Part shown: in pieces, positions 46,233 through 56,584 of the stretch
Numbering within the stretch: the first letter of the stretch is position 1
How the letters are laid out: each line of letters starts with the position of its first letter
Assembly (NCBI GenBank): GCA_964414295.1
Contig: CAYPVU010000046.1
Span: 2,767-66,766 of the forward strand
DNA from: an uncultured Candidatus Saccharibacteria bacterium
GTDB taxonomy: Bacteria; Patescibacteriota; Dojkabacteria; J137
Direction: 5' to 3'
Length of the DNA stretch: 64,000 nt
Notes under the pieces: model-generated
The model's database searches: none
Seen by the model: the letters and a program-made list of their open reading frames with translations, nothing else
What the model was told of the DNA's origin: nothing
Program-made: the position numbers and the translations under genes

Positions 46233-46937
46233 TTATTCCATTTCTAAAAATTCTCTTCTAGCTATTTCTACTCTAGGAGATTCTATATTAGATAAAGCTC
46301 TAATAATAGCTAATTTAATTATTTCTCTATGTGTACTTTCAGATAAATCACAATTTATCATAGCAACAGGAGTTTGATAACTAGGACCATTTGTAATAAC
46401 AGCAGGTTTTCTTAAATATCTTAAACTATAATTTGTTATAGTACTATTAGCTGTAGATATTAATTCAAAAGTATCTCCTTCATAAGCTAACCTTAAAATT
46501 TTATCATTTGTAGGTTTATTAAAAGGATCTTTAATAATCTTATTATATCTATCATGTGTTATAGGTATTACTTTAGAAATATTTGATACTGTTTGATTGT
46601 GACAATCTGTATAAGATATAATACAATCTTCTTGTAAAGCATGTCTATAATCACTTGGTAAGCTTACAAATACTCCATTTGGTTTATTATTAGGAGTATT
46701 TACAAAAGTAGTAGTATTATAACTTTTTGTTATATTTCTTAGGTCATCAAGCCTTTTTTGAGTTTCTTCTACACCTTGCTTTCTAATATTATTCCCATAG
46801 GCTCTTTGAGAAATAAATTCATCAACAGCACTATTCAAAAAAACATCTATTTCTTCAGCAATGAGATTAGGATAGGCTAGACTATCAATTTTGTCTAGCC
46901 CTATCTTAAACTCATAATGCATTTGGCTTGCAGTCAT
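46233..46937 (-). CDS. hypothetical head-associated protein
   Basis: 234-aa ORF, ATGA-coupled to the upstream gene. Confidence 0.35.
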   Translation of the reverse strand: MTASQMHYEFKIGLDKIDSLAYPNLIAEEIDVFLNSAVDEFISQRAYGNNIRKQGVEETQKRLDDLRNITKSYNTTTFVNTPNNKPNGVFVSLPSDYRHALQEDCIISYTDCHNQTVSNISKVIPITHDRYNKIIKDPFNKPTNDKILRLAYEGDTFELISTANSTITNYSLRYLRKPAVITNGPSYQTPVAMINCDLSESTHREIIKLAIIRALSNIESPRVEIARREFLEME

Positions 46938-47773
46938 TATTTACTTTTTTCTAGTTTACTTTTAAGAGATAAATAGACATCTTGATTCTTTGGATTACTT
47001 AAATATTGTATTGTTTCTTCCAACGAAAGACCTATTACATCTCCTCCAGGTAAAATATATTTACTACCATTTTTAATTAAGTGTCTATATTCAATACAAT
47101 CTTCAATAAACACTTTTATTTTAAAATAAGGATCATCTACTATTTCTAGGAATTTAGCAGGATTTTCTTCAATCATTTTGCTTATTTGAGCTTCTACAAA
47201 ATCAACAGTAGCATCTTTAGAAGGTTTAGTACCAAATACTTTTAGTACATTACGCATTTCTTCAATACCTTTTAGTTGACCAAATTTCTTATAAGCTTCA
47301 CGTTTAACTTTAAATTTATCAGCTTCTAATTTAATAGACTCTTCTTTATTTACAATAACGTATTCAGCAAATGGAGCATATCCTACTTCAGATTCACTTT
47401 TAGCAAATTTCTGATGTCCTTTACAAACTAAATAAATTAGTTCGTGTTCAGGATCTTCTAAATTAAGAATTAATCCATTCTTTGGAATTCTAATTTTAAA
47501 TGCTCCCCAAAACTCTTTATTAAATCTAGAAAGAGTTCCTTTGTTAAGCTTCATTGCTTGTTCCAATCTGTCCTCGTCAGCAGGAGTCAGTCCTGTTATG
47601 TACTGACCCATGCTGTTTACTTGGACTGTTTCTTGTACAAATGTATTTGTGTATCTAAACTCACCATCATGTCCTGGAGGTAACCATCCATTACGTTTAC
47701 ATTGTTTAATTGTAACTTGTTTAGGTTTTAAAACCTCATTAGACACTTTTTCTTCAACTGCACTTTTACTCAT
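46937..47773 (-). CDS. hypothetical head-associated protein
   Basis: 278-aa ORF directly downstream of the capsid gene. Confidence 0.35.
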   Translation of the reverse strand: MSKSAVEEKVSNEVLKPKQVTIKQCKRNGWLPPGHDGEFRYTNTFVQETVQVNSMGQYITGLTPADEDRLEQAMKLNKGTLSRFNKEFWGAFKIRIPKNGLILNLEDPEHELIYLVCKGHQKFAKSESEVGYAPFAEYVIVNKEESIKLEADKFKVKREAYKKFGQLKGIEEMRNVLKVFGTKPSKDATVDFVEAQISKMIEENPAKFLEIVDDPYFKIKVFIEDCIEYRHLIKNGSKYILPGGDVIGLSLEETIQYLSNPKNQDVYLSLKSKLEKSK

Positions 47774-47796
47774 ACTTTGTTTATATTATTTTAATA

Positions 47797-49245
47797 TTAA
47801 ATTGCTTGTGAGAAAATCATTTCAGCACAACTCATTGGATTCTCAATTAAGATCCCTTGATTAGCCATACAATGTAACTCATAACCATCTACAGCAGATG
47901 CAGCAGAAGATTTGAAAGATACATTTGGACCATAAGGGCTAGTAGAACCAGCAATGTGCCACATGTTTTCTTTACGTCCTTTAGGATATACTCTACGAAT
48001 ATTACTTTTACCTTTGTTAGTACCAAAGTTTAAGATAGTATAACGGTAGCTTTCAGTTGGGAAACCATCTGGATGTAAAGTACGGTTAGTTACTACGTTA
48101 TCATACTCAGGTAAATGAGCAAGAGTAAATTTAATACCTTGAGGTCCACGGTATTCTACATATTGACCACCAAATCCTAAGTTTTGTCCTGATCCAAATA
48201 CACGTTTAGAATCTAGAGGCTGGAATACAGCAACTTTATTTTCTAAAGCTTTGTGGAACTGAACCATACCAGCTTCACCAGTAAATGCTATAAAATGACG
48301 TTGATCTTCAGGTAAAATGTTTACAGAAAGATTCAATAGAATGTCAGTTAATAGATCAATAGTAAAGTTAGTGTAATTAAACTTATAAGCAGGTGAAATT
48401 TGCTGACGTAAACCAGCTCCTTCAATGATTGGGAATCCTGATTCACCTTTCATAGTATAAGTACCATTAGCATTCTTATTAGATTCAGAATACAATAAGT
48501 TACGGTTTTTCTCTTTATACCATTGACAGATAAATTCCCATTCTGCGTATTGTGTCCAGATTTTAGTAGATTTATTAGATTTAGGATCTAACATTTCAAT
48601 TACTACAGGACGAGCGTGCATATTACCAGGAACAGTATAAGTCTTTCTTAGAGTAGAGAAAGCATTACGCATTTTGAAAGGAGAAGTGAAGCTAGTTTCG
48701 CCAGCTGTTCTTGATAATGTTCTTTCTTGATTAGAATACTCTTTAGAGAATTGTCTACCAGCTGTTAATAGTGCAGGAGGCATAAATGCTGTAGGATCAC
48801 CAGTCATCATTTGAACACGGTAAACCCAGTCAGTACCATTAGAGAAAGGCTCTTCCATTACACGTACACGGAAGCTTCTATCATCAGCTACCAATACATC
48901 AGTGTAAGCAAAATATTTCTCAGGGAAAGTGATCTCAAACATAGTGTTGTTGATACCAGGACGGTTCATATCAGAAGCAGAATAACCTACTACTGGAACA
49001 GCCTTCTCATCATCACCTTTTAAGAACCATTCATAATCGTTATCTGTAGGAAGTTCTTCTTCAGCTCCTAGCATAGATAACCAATAATCAAGACCTGTAT
49101 ATTGGTTAAGACCAAATACTCTTGACATAATATTGGATACTAAAGTTGGTTGTTCTGCGAACATAGTACCCAAGTGATTGTCGGTTGTTAGACCTGACCA
49201 TGACTTGCCTTCATATAGTTGAAGGGTGTTAATTTTTTGTGCCAT
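47797..49245 (-). CDS. major capsid protein candidate (482 aa)
   Basis: Position TerL-portal-acidic scaffold-this gene. Size and GC-richer composition fit an HK97-fold major capsid protein of crAss-like phages. No sequence-level confirmation possible. Confidence 0.45.
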   Translation of the reverse strand: MAQKINTLQLYEGKSWSGLTTDNHLGTMFAEQPTLVSNIMSRVFGLNQYTGLDYWLSMLGAEEELPTDNDYEWFLKGDDEKAVPVVGYSASDMNRPGINNTMFEITFPEKYFAYTDVLVADDRSFRVRVMEEPFSNGTDWVYRVQMMTGDPTAFMPPALLTAGRQFSKEYSNQERTLSRTAGETSFTSPFKMRNAFSTLRKTYTVPGNMHARPVVIEMLDPKSNKSTKIWTQYAEWEFICQWYKEKNRNLLYSESNKNANGTYTMKGESGFPIIEGAGLRQQISPAYKFNYTNFTIDLLTDILLNLSVNILPEDQRHFIAFTGEAGMVQFHKALENKVAVFQPLDSKRVFGSGQNLGFGGQYVEYRGPQGIKFTLAHLPEYDNVVTNRTLHPDGFPTESYRYTILNFGTNKGKSNIRRVYPKGRKENMWHIAGSTSPYGPNVSFKSSAASAVDGYELHCMANQGILIENPMSCAEMIFSQAI

Positions 49246-49268
49246 TTTAATTTAATTGTTTTAGTTGT

Positions 49269-50387
49269 TTAGATTTTATTTTTTGCTATTTTTTCCATAA
49301 TTCCTAAATCTACAGAAGAATTAGTTTTCTTACTAACTCCTTGAGATTGTTTTTTATCTTGAGCTTTAATTGCTTCAGCTAACTTTTTAGTAGCTTTTGT
49401 AGTAGCTTTTTGCTCTATTTTAGAGAAATCCCAGTTTAATACTAAAGTAGCATAAGCAACTTTTAAATCAAAATTAGGATCTTTTTCTCTAGCTTTTACT
49501 ATTGCATTTTTACCATCTTTATCTGTTTTAAATATACCTTCTATTAGTTTCTTTTTATCGTCTTTATTAACTTTTAAACCAGGTATAAACTCTTCAGATT
49601 TATCAATAGTAGATTTAATATTATTGATATACTCAATATATCTTTGTTCTCTTAATTTAGCTTCTTGTTTTTGAGATTCTACAAAGCTTTCTTTTTCTTT
49701 AGTTTCTAAACTTATTAGTTTATTTAAAGATCTTTTAGCTTCTTTTTCTAAAATTCCAGCATCTTCATAATCAGATAATCTTTCTTCTATTTCATCTTTA
49801 TCAAAACCTGTTTTAGATAACAAATCTCTTATTAGCTGTTTTTGTAGATTTTCATTTTCTTCTATTTGATCTACATCAATATTTTCATATTCTTGAATCT
49901 TAGATTGTTTACCTATAAGATCTGCTAAAGGAACTCCTTCTTCATAATTGTTTATAAGATCTTTAATTACTTCAGGTAAACTATTTTTATAAGATTCTAC
50001 TTCTTGTACTACTTTATTTTCAAAAGCTTCTACTAGTTTTGTTTCATCATATTCTTCAGATTCATTATATTCAATTAAACCTGATTCAGCTAACATACTA
50101 GCAAAAACATTAATAGGGTTAGAAGAATCTTTATTATCAGCAGTAATAGTATCTTCTTCCTCTTCTTCAATCTCTACTTCATCAGAGTCTTCATCTTTAT
50201 CAGAATCCTCATTTTCATTTTCTTCATTTTCTTCTTCCTCATCTTCATCTGATGATTTAACATCATCTTCTTGAGGTATTGTTGGATTAAGAATAGTTTG
50301 AGTATCATCAGAACCAGCTCCTTTTTCTCCAAACAAAACACTTAAATCTAAACCTTCTAAAGGATTATCTACACTATTATCTTCCAT
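49269..50387 (-). CDS. acidic scaffold-like protein
   Basis: Extreme D/E tract (SDEDEEEENEENENEDSDKDEDSDEVEIEEEEED) plus predicted helical/coiled-coil remainder. Lies between portal and capsid genes. Confidence 0.45.
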   Translation of the reverse strand: MEDNSVDNPLEGLDLSVLFGEKGAGSDDTQTILNPTIPQEDDVKSSDEDEEEENEENENEDSDKDEDSDEVEIEEEEEDTITADNKDSSNPINVFASMLAESGLIEYNESEEYDETKLVEAFENKVVQEVESYKNSLPEVIKDLINNYEEGVPLADLIGKQSKIQEYENIDVDQIEENENLQKQLIRDLLSKTGFDKDEIEERLSDYEDAGILEKEAKRSLNKLISLETKEKESFVESQKQEAKLREQRYIEYINNIKSTIDKSEEFIPGLKVNKDDKKKLIEGIFKTDKDGKNAIVKAREKDPNFDLKVAYATLVLNWDFSKIEQKATTKATKKLAEAIKAQDKKQSQGVSKKTNSSVDLGIMEKIAKNKI

Positions 50388-50486
50388 ACTCTTAATTTTA
50401 AATACAAAGATAAGTCAAATATTTAACTTATACAATGTAAAATTTATAATTTATTATATTATTAGTTTTTATTTATAGCTTAAATC

Positions 50487-51044
50487 TTATCCAAACGTTA
50501 TTATCTTATACCAAATCTTTGCTTTAAGCGTACCGTCACCGCCTGTTGGGTTAGTACTATTATATGTTGTTAATTCCACATTATTACCTATTCCATTTAT
50601 TTGATTTTGTAATGCTAAGTTTGTGTCGATAGTATCAAGCAATCCTCCTGAATTATTTGAAGCAATAATTGCAGTATTAAATTGCATTATTATTAATGTT
50701 TTGTGTATATACGCAGAATAATTATTAAATGCTAAGTGGTCGTTTTCTAACGTATATGGTACTGTTCCGTATGTATATTCTAAAGCTATTTTGTTAATAT
50801 CGTAATATTCGTTTGTGTTTGGAGCTGGTAACAACTCAATTGGTGTACTACCCATGTTTAAAATCTGACTTGAAGTAATATCTACTTCTGTATAAGTCCA
50901 TTCAGATTCTTGATTATCATTAGATTGTAAAGATTCTATTTCAGATTTAATAGTTAATAAATCTTCTATATATTCTTTTCTATTAATTGTTTGTAAAGGA
51001 GTATTTAAACGTCTTTTTATAAGTCTATTAATATTTGAGATCAT
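50487..51044 (-). CDS. hypothetical virion protein
   Basis: 185-aa ORF, overlapping the portal stop. Confidence 0.3.
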   Translation of the reverse strand: MISNINRLIKRRLNTPLQTINRKEYIEDLLTIKSEIESLQSNDNQESEWTYTEVDITSSQILNMGSTPIELLPAPNTNEYYDINKIALEYTYGTVPYTLENDHLAFNNYSAYIHKTLIIMQFNTAIIASNNSGGLLDTIDTNLALQNQINGIGNNVELTTYNSTNPTGGDGTLKAKIWYKIITFG

Positions 51045-53479
51045 TATTTTTTAGGTTTAGGTTTATTTTTAGCAATTTGTTTTTTAGCTTCTATTTCTTT
51101 TTCTTTAATTTCTTTTTGTGTTTTTATCTTTTCTCTTTCAAGATTAGCTCTATCTCTATCAATCATATCTTGATTCATAGATTGTTGTTGTTCAAAAGCA
51201 AATCTTCTTTCTTCTAAAGATAATTTAGCTAACTCAACAGGATCAGGGATACCGTTACCATCAGTATCCAATTCAGATTGTCTATTAAACGCAGCTATTT
51301 CAGCAACTTGTATTTTAGTTTGTCTATCAGCTTCTTTGTTCCAATCATCTCTATCCATTTTTTCTCTTTCAAAAGCTATCATATCTTGCTGCATTTGAGC
51401 TTGAGCTTGTTGCTGCTGTTGTTGTTGAGCTTGCATTTCTTGTTGTCTTCTCTGTTCAGCTTGAATGAGTTTATTTTTAATATCAGCCAAAGACTCACTA
51501 TTAAATATAGATATAATATCAGATAATGCAATTTGGTCATTCTGCATTGCTGCATGTGATAATTGTTTTAAAGTTTCTATTGCTTGATGATCTTTAGAAG
51601 AATTAGTTAAGAATACTCCATATTCAGCATCGTTAAATAATTCACCATCTACAGAAAAAAATACAGTAGCTAAATCATCTGTTATATATTGGAATTTTTT
51701 AGTTTTACCTTCAGATATAATATACTTAGCTGTTTCAACTAAAGTTTCTACAACTCTCTTTTTAACATCATTATGTATAGTAAACCATTTTTCTGTAATA
51801 TGAGCAGATTGTACAACAGCTCTTTCAACATTACCTACTAACTCACTAGAAGATACTGCTCCCATACGCTGTGGAGTTACTCCACTAACATTATATAATT
51901 TCTGTTCTACAAATTCTAATAAGCTAATATATCCTTGTATTTGATTTCCAGTTTCTAAATTTAATTCTCCAGATTGACCAGACATATTACCAGCTAATTT
52001 ACCAGTAGCAGCTCCTTTTTTACCTTCTTTAAAACTATCTACAAAAGCAAATTTCATTGATGTAGCATAGTATAACCACTTATCTATTTCCCAACCTTCA
52101 GGTATCATAGCTAAATCTACTTTAGCTATTTTTCCTTGATTAGCAGCTAGTAATAATTCTGTTCTATACCAAATAACTACATAAAGATATATCCAAGGGA
52201 TTAGTCTATCCATTAAAGAAATAGATTGACTATTATTAGCATTATATATTGTTCCTACATATCCAGATTTACAAATAGATATATTATCCATTCTTCTAAA
52301 CTGAACAGGTCTAGGACGCATATTCACATAAATATCAGTACCTATTTTAGTACCTTCCCAATATTCATTTATCCATAACCATTCTATAGAAGAATCTGGA
52401 TCTTCTTTATCATGTTTATAAAGTTCATCTACAAGTAATTCCTGTTGTTCACCATTTTCATCTAAAAATGTAAGTTTACCAACTTTACGTCTAGACTTCC
52501 AAACTACTTTACAAACTCTTACATTATTAGCTTCGTCAAAATTAGCTTGAGCAGCTTTACCAGATAGTACATCTTCTTCTCTTTGTATAAATAATTTATA
52601 AGGTTCAGTATAACCTAATAGTTGTTTATTAAGAGCATTTTTATTACCATTCCATTCTTCTAATAAATCTATATCAGATTTAGATAAACTATCATAAAAA
52701 GTATCTATTACTTGTCCTATAGACATCCAAGTTTCTTCTACAATGATATCTGAATCATCTATATTATCAGAATTAGGATTTAATGTGCAATATATTTCAG
52801 TAGGATTAACTCTTCTTACAGAAGGTTCATCAGCTACTATATCAACACAATAAATTTCTTCACCAGCTATTAAAGAATCTTCCCAACCCTTTAAAAATAA
52901 CATATCTAAATTAAGATATCTTCTAAAATATTGAACTATTTTAGTAGCTATAGATTCTCTCATATCTTGATATTCATATGAGATATATTTTTGTAATTCT
53001 TCTGGTGTAGGAGGAGGATTTTCTGGATCAACACTTTCAGGATCAATATGAGCCATTAGCATTTGTTCCAACATTTGTATTATTAACTCTTTTTGCTTTT
53101 TTTCTTTATCAGAAATAACATCTTCATTAATAGCTCTTATAATAAAATTAAAAGGTCTTTTAGCTTCTTCTCCAAATAATAAATTAAATATTGGAGATAC
53201 AATATCGTAGTATTGTAGATTAGCAGGTAATTCTAAATTATCTAAACCTAGAGGATTACATACATACTCTAAATCTGTTTTATCTAAAATACCATTGTAT
53301 AAAGCATAGTTTCTTAACTTTCTCCATTTAGGAGAACGTCTAGTATTATCATATAACCCTACTATACCAAGACCTGAATCAACACAAGCTTTAGCCCATT
53401 CTTCATTTTTTTCTCTTCTTGATAACTTTTGTCTAGGGAAATTATTTTGATGTTCCATTTTATTAGCTAATAAAAACAA
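51044..53479 (-). CDS. portal protein candidate (about 805 aa) with a poly-Q / lysine-rich C-terminal tail
   Basis: Sits directly downstream of TerL and is of crAss-like portal size. The true start is probably the ATG at 53458 (MEHQNN...); the track start at 53479 is a TTG. C-terminal QQQQQQQAQAQMQQ...KPKPKK. Confidence 0.45.
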   Translation of the reverse strand: MFLLANKMEHQNNFPRQKLSRREKNEEWAKACVDSGLGIVGLYDNTRRSPKWRKLRNYALYNGILDKTDLEYVCNPLGLDNLELPANLQYYDIVSPIFNLLFGEEAKRPFNFIIRAINEDVISDKEKKQKELIIQMLEQMLMAHIDPESVDPENPPPTPEELQKYISYEYQDMRESIATKIVQYFRRYLNLDMLFLKGWEDSLIAGEEIYCVDIVADEPSVRRVNPTEIYCTLNPNSDNIDDSDIIVEETWMSIGQVIDTFYDSLSKSDIDLLEEWNGNKNALNKQLLGYTEPYKLFIQREEDVLSGKAAQANFDEANNVRVCKVVWKSRRKVGKLTFLDENGEQQELLVDELYKHDKEDPDSSIEWLWINEYWEGTKIGTDIYVNMRPRPVQFRRMDNISICKSGYVGTIYNANNSQSISLMDRLIPWIYLYVVIWYRTELLLAANQGKIAKVDLAMIPEGWEIDKWLYYATSMKFAFVDSFKEGKKGAATGKLAGNMSGQSGELNLETGNQIQGYISLLEFVEQKLYNVSGVTPQRMGAVSSSELVGNVERAVVQSAHITEKWFTIHNDVKKRVVETLVETAKYIISEGKTKKFQYITDDLATVFFSVDGELFNDAEYGVFLTNSSKDHQAIETLKQLSHAAMQNDQIALSDIISIFNSESLADIKNKLIQAEQRRQQEMQAQQQQQQQAQAQMQQDMIAFEREKMDRDDWNKEADRQTKIQVAEIAAFNRQSELDTDGNGIPDPVELAKLSLEERRFAFEQQQSMNQDMIDRDRANLEREKIKTQKEIKEKEIEAKKQIAKNKPKPKK

Positions 53480-53484
53480 ATATA
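53474..53484 (-). promoter_or_regulatory. TATATTTGTTT promoter-like -7 element upstream of the portal ATG
   Basis: Plus-strand AAACAAATATA lies 19-26 nt upstream of the ATG at 53458. Confidence 0.3.
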
Positions 53485-53541
53485 CAATAAAAATACAAGA
53501 TAATTACTATTATTTGTTAGTTGTTTTTAATTTTTTTAAAC

Positions 53542-56500
53542 TTACCATAGCTTATTTTTACGTTTTGTAAATAGTTTTCTATTCCAAAAATCAGAATTTA
53601 ATATATCATTTTTATCATTAGCTTCTTCTATTTTAACTTTCTTTACTTCTTGTATATGATACATACACATCATTAGACTCATAACTCTATCAAAGTTACC
53701 TTCTGGATTATAGGCAATTAACTCTTTTAATAGAGGAATACATCTTATTTTATGCATATTTTTAATACCATTAGATGAATCATAGTCTTCTAATAACCAC
53801 ATAATTATTAGATCCTCACCATGATCTTTTAATGATTTATTCATATGCATACCTTTACCTCTTTCTACTTTAGAGTTTTGTATAACATCTTTAATATAAG
53901 CAGGTTGATCTAAAAGTAAATAAGTTTCATTCTTACCTTCTAAATATTGGAATAGACCTTTTTTCTCATTTTCATATAAACATCTAGCATTATAAAAATG
54001 AAGTAATCTTCTTAAAATTTCATAATACTCATTTGCTGTTTTAGGTCTAGCTGTATATTCAGCAACTATTCTATTTGTTATTTTATCTATAATTATAGTA
54101 GAACCTAAAGAAGTTGTGCCAGATTGATCATGATCATAAGGGTCAGTACCTGCTAAATATCTACCAAAAGGTACATTTCCTTCCTCATCTTCATAAGGCA
54201 TCTCATATATAACCACACATCCTTCAGAATCTTGATCTTTAGTTAAAGGAAATTCTTTTAAAGGATTTAAATTAGGATTAGGCTTCCATTCATATTTAAG
54301 TGAATTAGGATTAAATACAATATCTCCTATATAATTAGTATTTTGTATTCTTTCTGATCCTTCTACTTGAGATAATATTATTTGTAAATCAGCTAAAGGA
54401 AATCTATTACCACTAGTTCTTAAAAATGCTTCAGCTGGAGATAAAGGTTGCTGAGTTATTTCTTTTTCATAAGCTCTCTTATTACCAGATTTTTTAACTA
54501 TTTCTCTTTTTAGTAGCAAAGATTCTTTTGCTTTAGCTCTATCAGAGTTACCATCTTTATCTACATAAGGAGGCTTATACCAAGAATCATCTACAAACCA
54601 TCCACAAGAACCTATTGCATTTTCATCCCATATATTTTCATAAGCTCTTAATCCATAAGAAGAAGGATTATAAAACATATCTGCAAAATCTTGTGTACCA
54701 CCTTCCATATCTCCACCTGTTCCATAAATAATAGGAATACCTATCATTATTTCTCCATCTGAGAATAATGGTTTAGATAACATATAAGATTCTATAAGTC
54801 CAGTCCACTTTCCTGCTTCTTCAAATAACATTACAGAAGCAGATTTACCAATTGATTTAAAAGGGTTATCTTTAAAACTCATAGTCATTATTTCAGACTT
54901 GAATCCAGATTCTACTTCTATACCATTTATTTTTTCTTTAAATCCTGATTTAATATATTGTCTAGTATCTATTAACTTTCTTTTAGCCCAATCAGTATTA
55001 GTGTTAATAAAGTTAATCATGTCTAAAGCCATATTCATTGTAGTTTGTGAATACTCCGCTAAAAAAGCTGCTATAATAGAAAATGAATTTCTATACCAAT
55101 TATATTCATAAACCGTATTAAATGCTCCTTTATATGAGTTATGAGTAACTATATAATCTCTAGTTATATATAAATGATTTGGGTTTTCTACTAAAATGCA
55201 AGAACTTTCTTCTTGATAATCTAATTTTTTAACAGAAGTAATAGCTACTTTATTATGATTATATTTTCTTTTTTTAATATTTTTATTTTTTCTATCTAGT
55301 TTAAATATTTCATAATCTGTTATTATATTAACTACCCAAGAATCTCTAACAATAGATTGCTTATTATTTGGAAAATTCATTAGTTTTCTACCATTACTAC
55401 TTTTAGATTTAGTAGCTCTTAATCCAAGACTTCTACAAATATCAACTACATCATTAGCTAATGTTTCAGAAGAAGAAGTAAATCTACATGTTCCATTTGG
55501 ACTACTAGTACCATCAGTATCCATTAATCCTTTTAATAACTCTAATCTTGTATCATAAGAACCTTTCTTATAAATTTCAGGAATAAACTTATCATAAGAT
55601 TTTACATTTAATTTTAAATTTTGTATAAATCTTAATAAATTATTAGGAGTACCAGGACCACCATCTTTTACAGTAATACTATATTTAAAAGGAGTGGTTG
55701 TTTTATTAACATTGTATCTAGATTTTAATATATCTTTTACAATATTAACTAGTTGTTCATCGTTTGATGAAAACTCTAAACTTGATTTTGTTAGACTTCC
55801 ATCTCCTATTAAAACACCTAGTAAATAAGGATCTATTGGTAAAGGTAAATCATAGAAATTTAAAGGTTTACAATTTTCTATAAAGTAAGCATAGTAACAT
55901 TTATTACCTTTATTTCTTTTTAATTTCTTATCTAAAAAGAATTTAGTATTTACTATTCTTTTTTTACCTCTTTGATCAATAATTTCCCAAAGATGTTCTA
56001 ATCCGCATTTTACTTTTCTACCATCTCTTAATTCTAACTCATATACATCCTTCTTTCCTTGAGGATATACTTCAAGGATTCTTGTAGGATAACCGTCAGG
56101 ATTCATTACTAAATCATTAGGTTTTAATGTACCCATTGGTTTGAATCCAAATGGAGTTAAAACAAGTTCACTATTAGGTTGTTCAAATCCTTTTCTCCTT
56201 GATTTAGCTACTATTATACCTTCTTTATTTAATTTAGCTTTCTCTAATTCATGATAATAATAGTAATCCATATCTAGAAAACGAGGAAATCCTTCGTACT
56301 TTCTAGCTTTTTTACCTTCTCCTTCAGTTATTTTAATTCTACCAAAGTTAAGATAAGCATAATGTTCTCCAGTTATTCTAATACCACCTACAGTATAACC
56401 TTCTCTACATCTTCTATCTTGTTCATCCCAATACTCTTGATATTCATATGTTCCTTCAGGAGCATCACAATAAGTATTATATTTAACAAACCTTTTAGCT

Positions 56501-56583
56501 TCTTCACAAAAATAATCAGTATTTATGAAAGTAGTAGGGTTTGTTAAATAAGGTATATCATGTATAAGTATATCGTTACTCAT
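53542..56583 (-). CDS. terL: terminase large subunit interrupted by an intein (1013-aa precursor)
   Basis: Candidate P-loop remnant AKSRRKGF sits at the N-extein/intein junction. Nuclease-domain motif LAGTDPYDHDQSGTTSLGSTIIIDK (RuvC-like G.DP....D). Gene order TerL-portal. Confidence 0.65.
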   Translation of the reverse strand: MSNDILIHDIPYLTNPTTFINTDYFCEEAKRFVKYNTYCDAPEGTYEYQEYWDEQDRRCREGYTVGGIRITGEHYAYLNFGRIKITEGEGKKARKYEGFPRFLDMDYYYYHELEKAKLNKEGIIVAKSRRKGFEQPNSELVLTPFGFKPMGTLKPNDLVMNPDGYPTRILEVYPQGKKDVYELELRDGRKVKCGLEHLWEIIDQRGKKRIVNTKFFLDKKLKRNKGNKCYYAYFIENCKPLNFYDLPLPIDPYLLGVLIGDGSLTKSSLEFSSNDEQLVNIVKDILKSRYNVNKTTTPFKYSITVKDGGPGTPNNLLRFIQNLKLNVKSYDKFIPEIYKKGSYDTRLELLKGLMDTDGTSSPNGTCRFTSSSETLANDVVDICRSLGLRATKSKSSNGRKLMNFPNNKQSIVRDSWVVNIITDYEIFKLDRKNKNIKKRKYNHNKVAITSVKKLDYQEESSCILVENPNHLYITRDYIVTHNSYKGAFNTVYEYNWYRNSFSIIAAFLAEYSQTTMNMALDMINFINTNTDWAKRKLIDTRQYIKSGFKEKINGIEVESGFKSEIMTMSFKDNPFKSIGKSASVMLFEEAGKWTGLIESYMLSKPLFSDGEIMIGIPIIYGTGGDMEGGTQDFADMFYNPSSYGLRAYENIWDENAIGSCGWFVDDSWYKPPYVDKDGNSDRAKAKESLLLKREIVKKSGNKRAYEKEITQQPLSPAEAFLRTSGNRFPLADLQIILSQVEGSERIQNTNYIGDIVFNPNSLKYEWKPNPNLNPLKEFPLTKDQDSEGCVVIYEMPYEDEEGNVPFGRYLAGTDPYDHDQSGTTSLGSTIIIDKITNRIVAEYTARPKTANEYYEILRRLLHFYNARCLYENEKKGLFQYLEGKNETYLLLDQPAYIKDVIQNSKVERGKGMHMNKSLKDHGEDLIIMWLLEDYDSSNGIKNMHKIRCIPLLKELIAYNPEGNFDRVMSLMMCMYHIQEVKKVKIEEANDKNDILNSDFWNRKLFTKRKNKLW
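55138..56172 (-). mobile_element. intein with LAGLIDADG homing endonuclease domain inside terL (about 345 aa)
   Basis: Two LAGLIDADG blocks (YLLGVLIGDGSL and LLKGLMDTDGTS). C-terminal splice motif ...YIVTHN|SYKG (His-Asn followed by Ser). The N-terminal junction is near ...EQPN|SELVLTPFG. Confidence 0.6.
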
Positions 56584-56584
56584 A

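Noticed and set aside
46076-51526. Antisense ORFs 46076..46261, 47610..47864, 48811..49023, 51035..51217, 51278..51526, 54899..55111, 56362..56547 within the structural genes
   Set aside because: All are embedded in longer, better-supported genes on the opposite strand, with low-complexity Leu/Phe/Ser-rich products.
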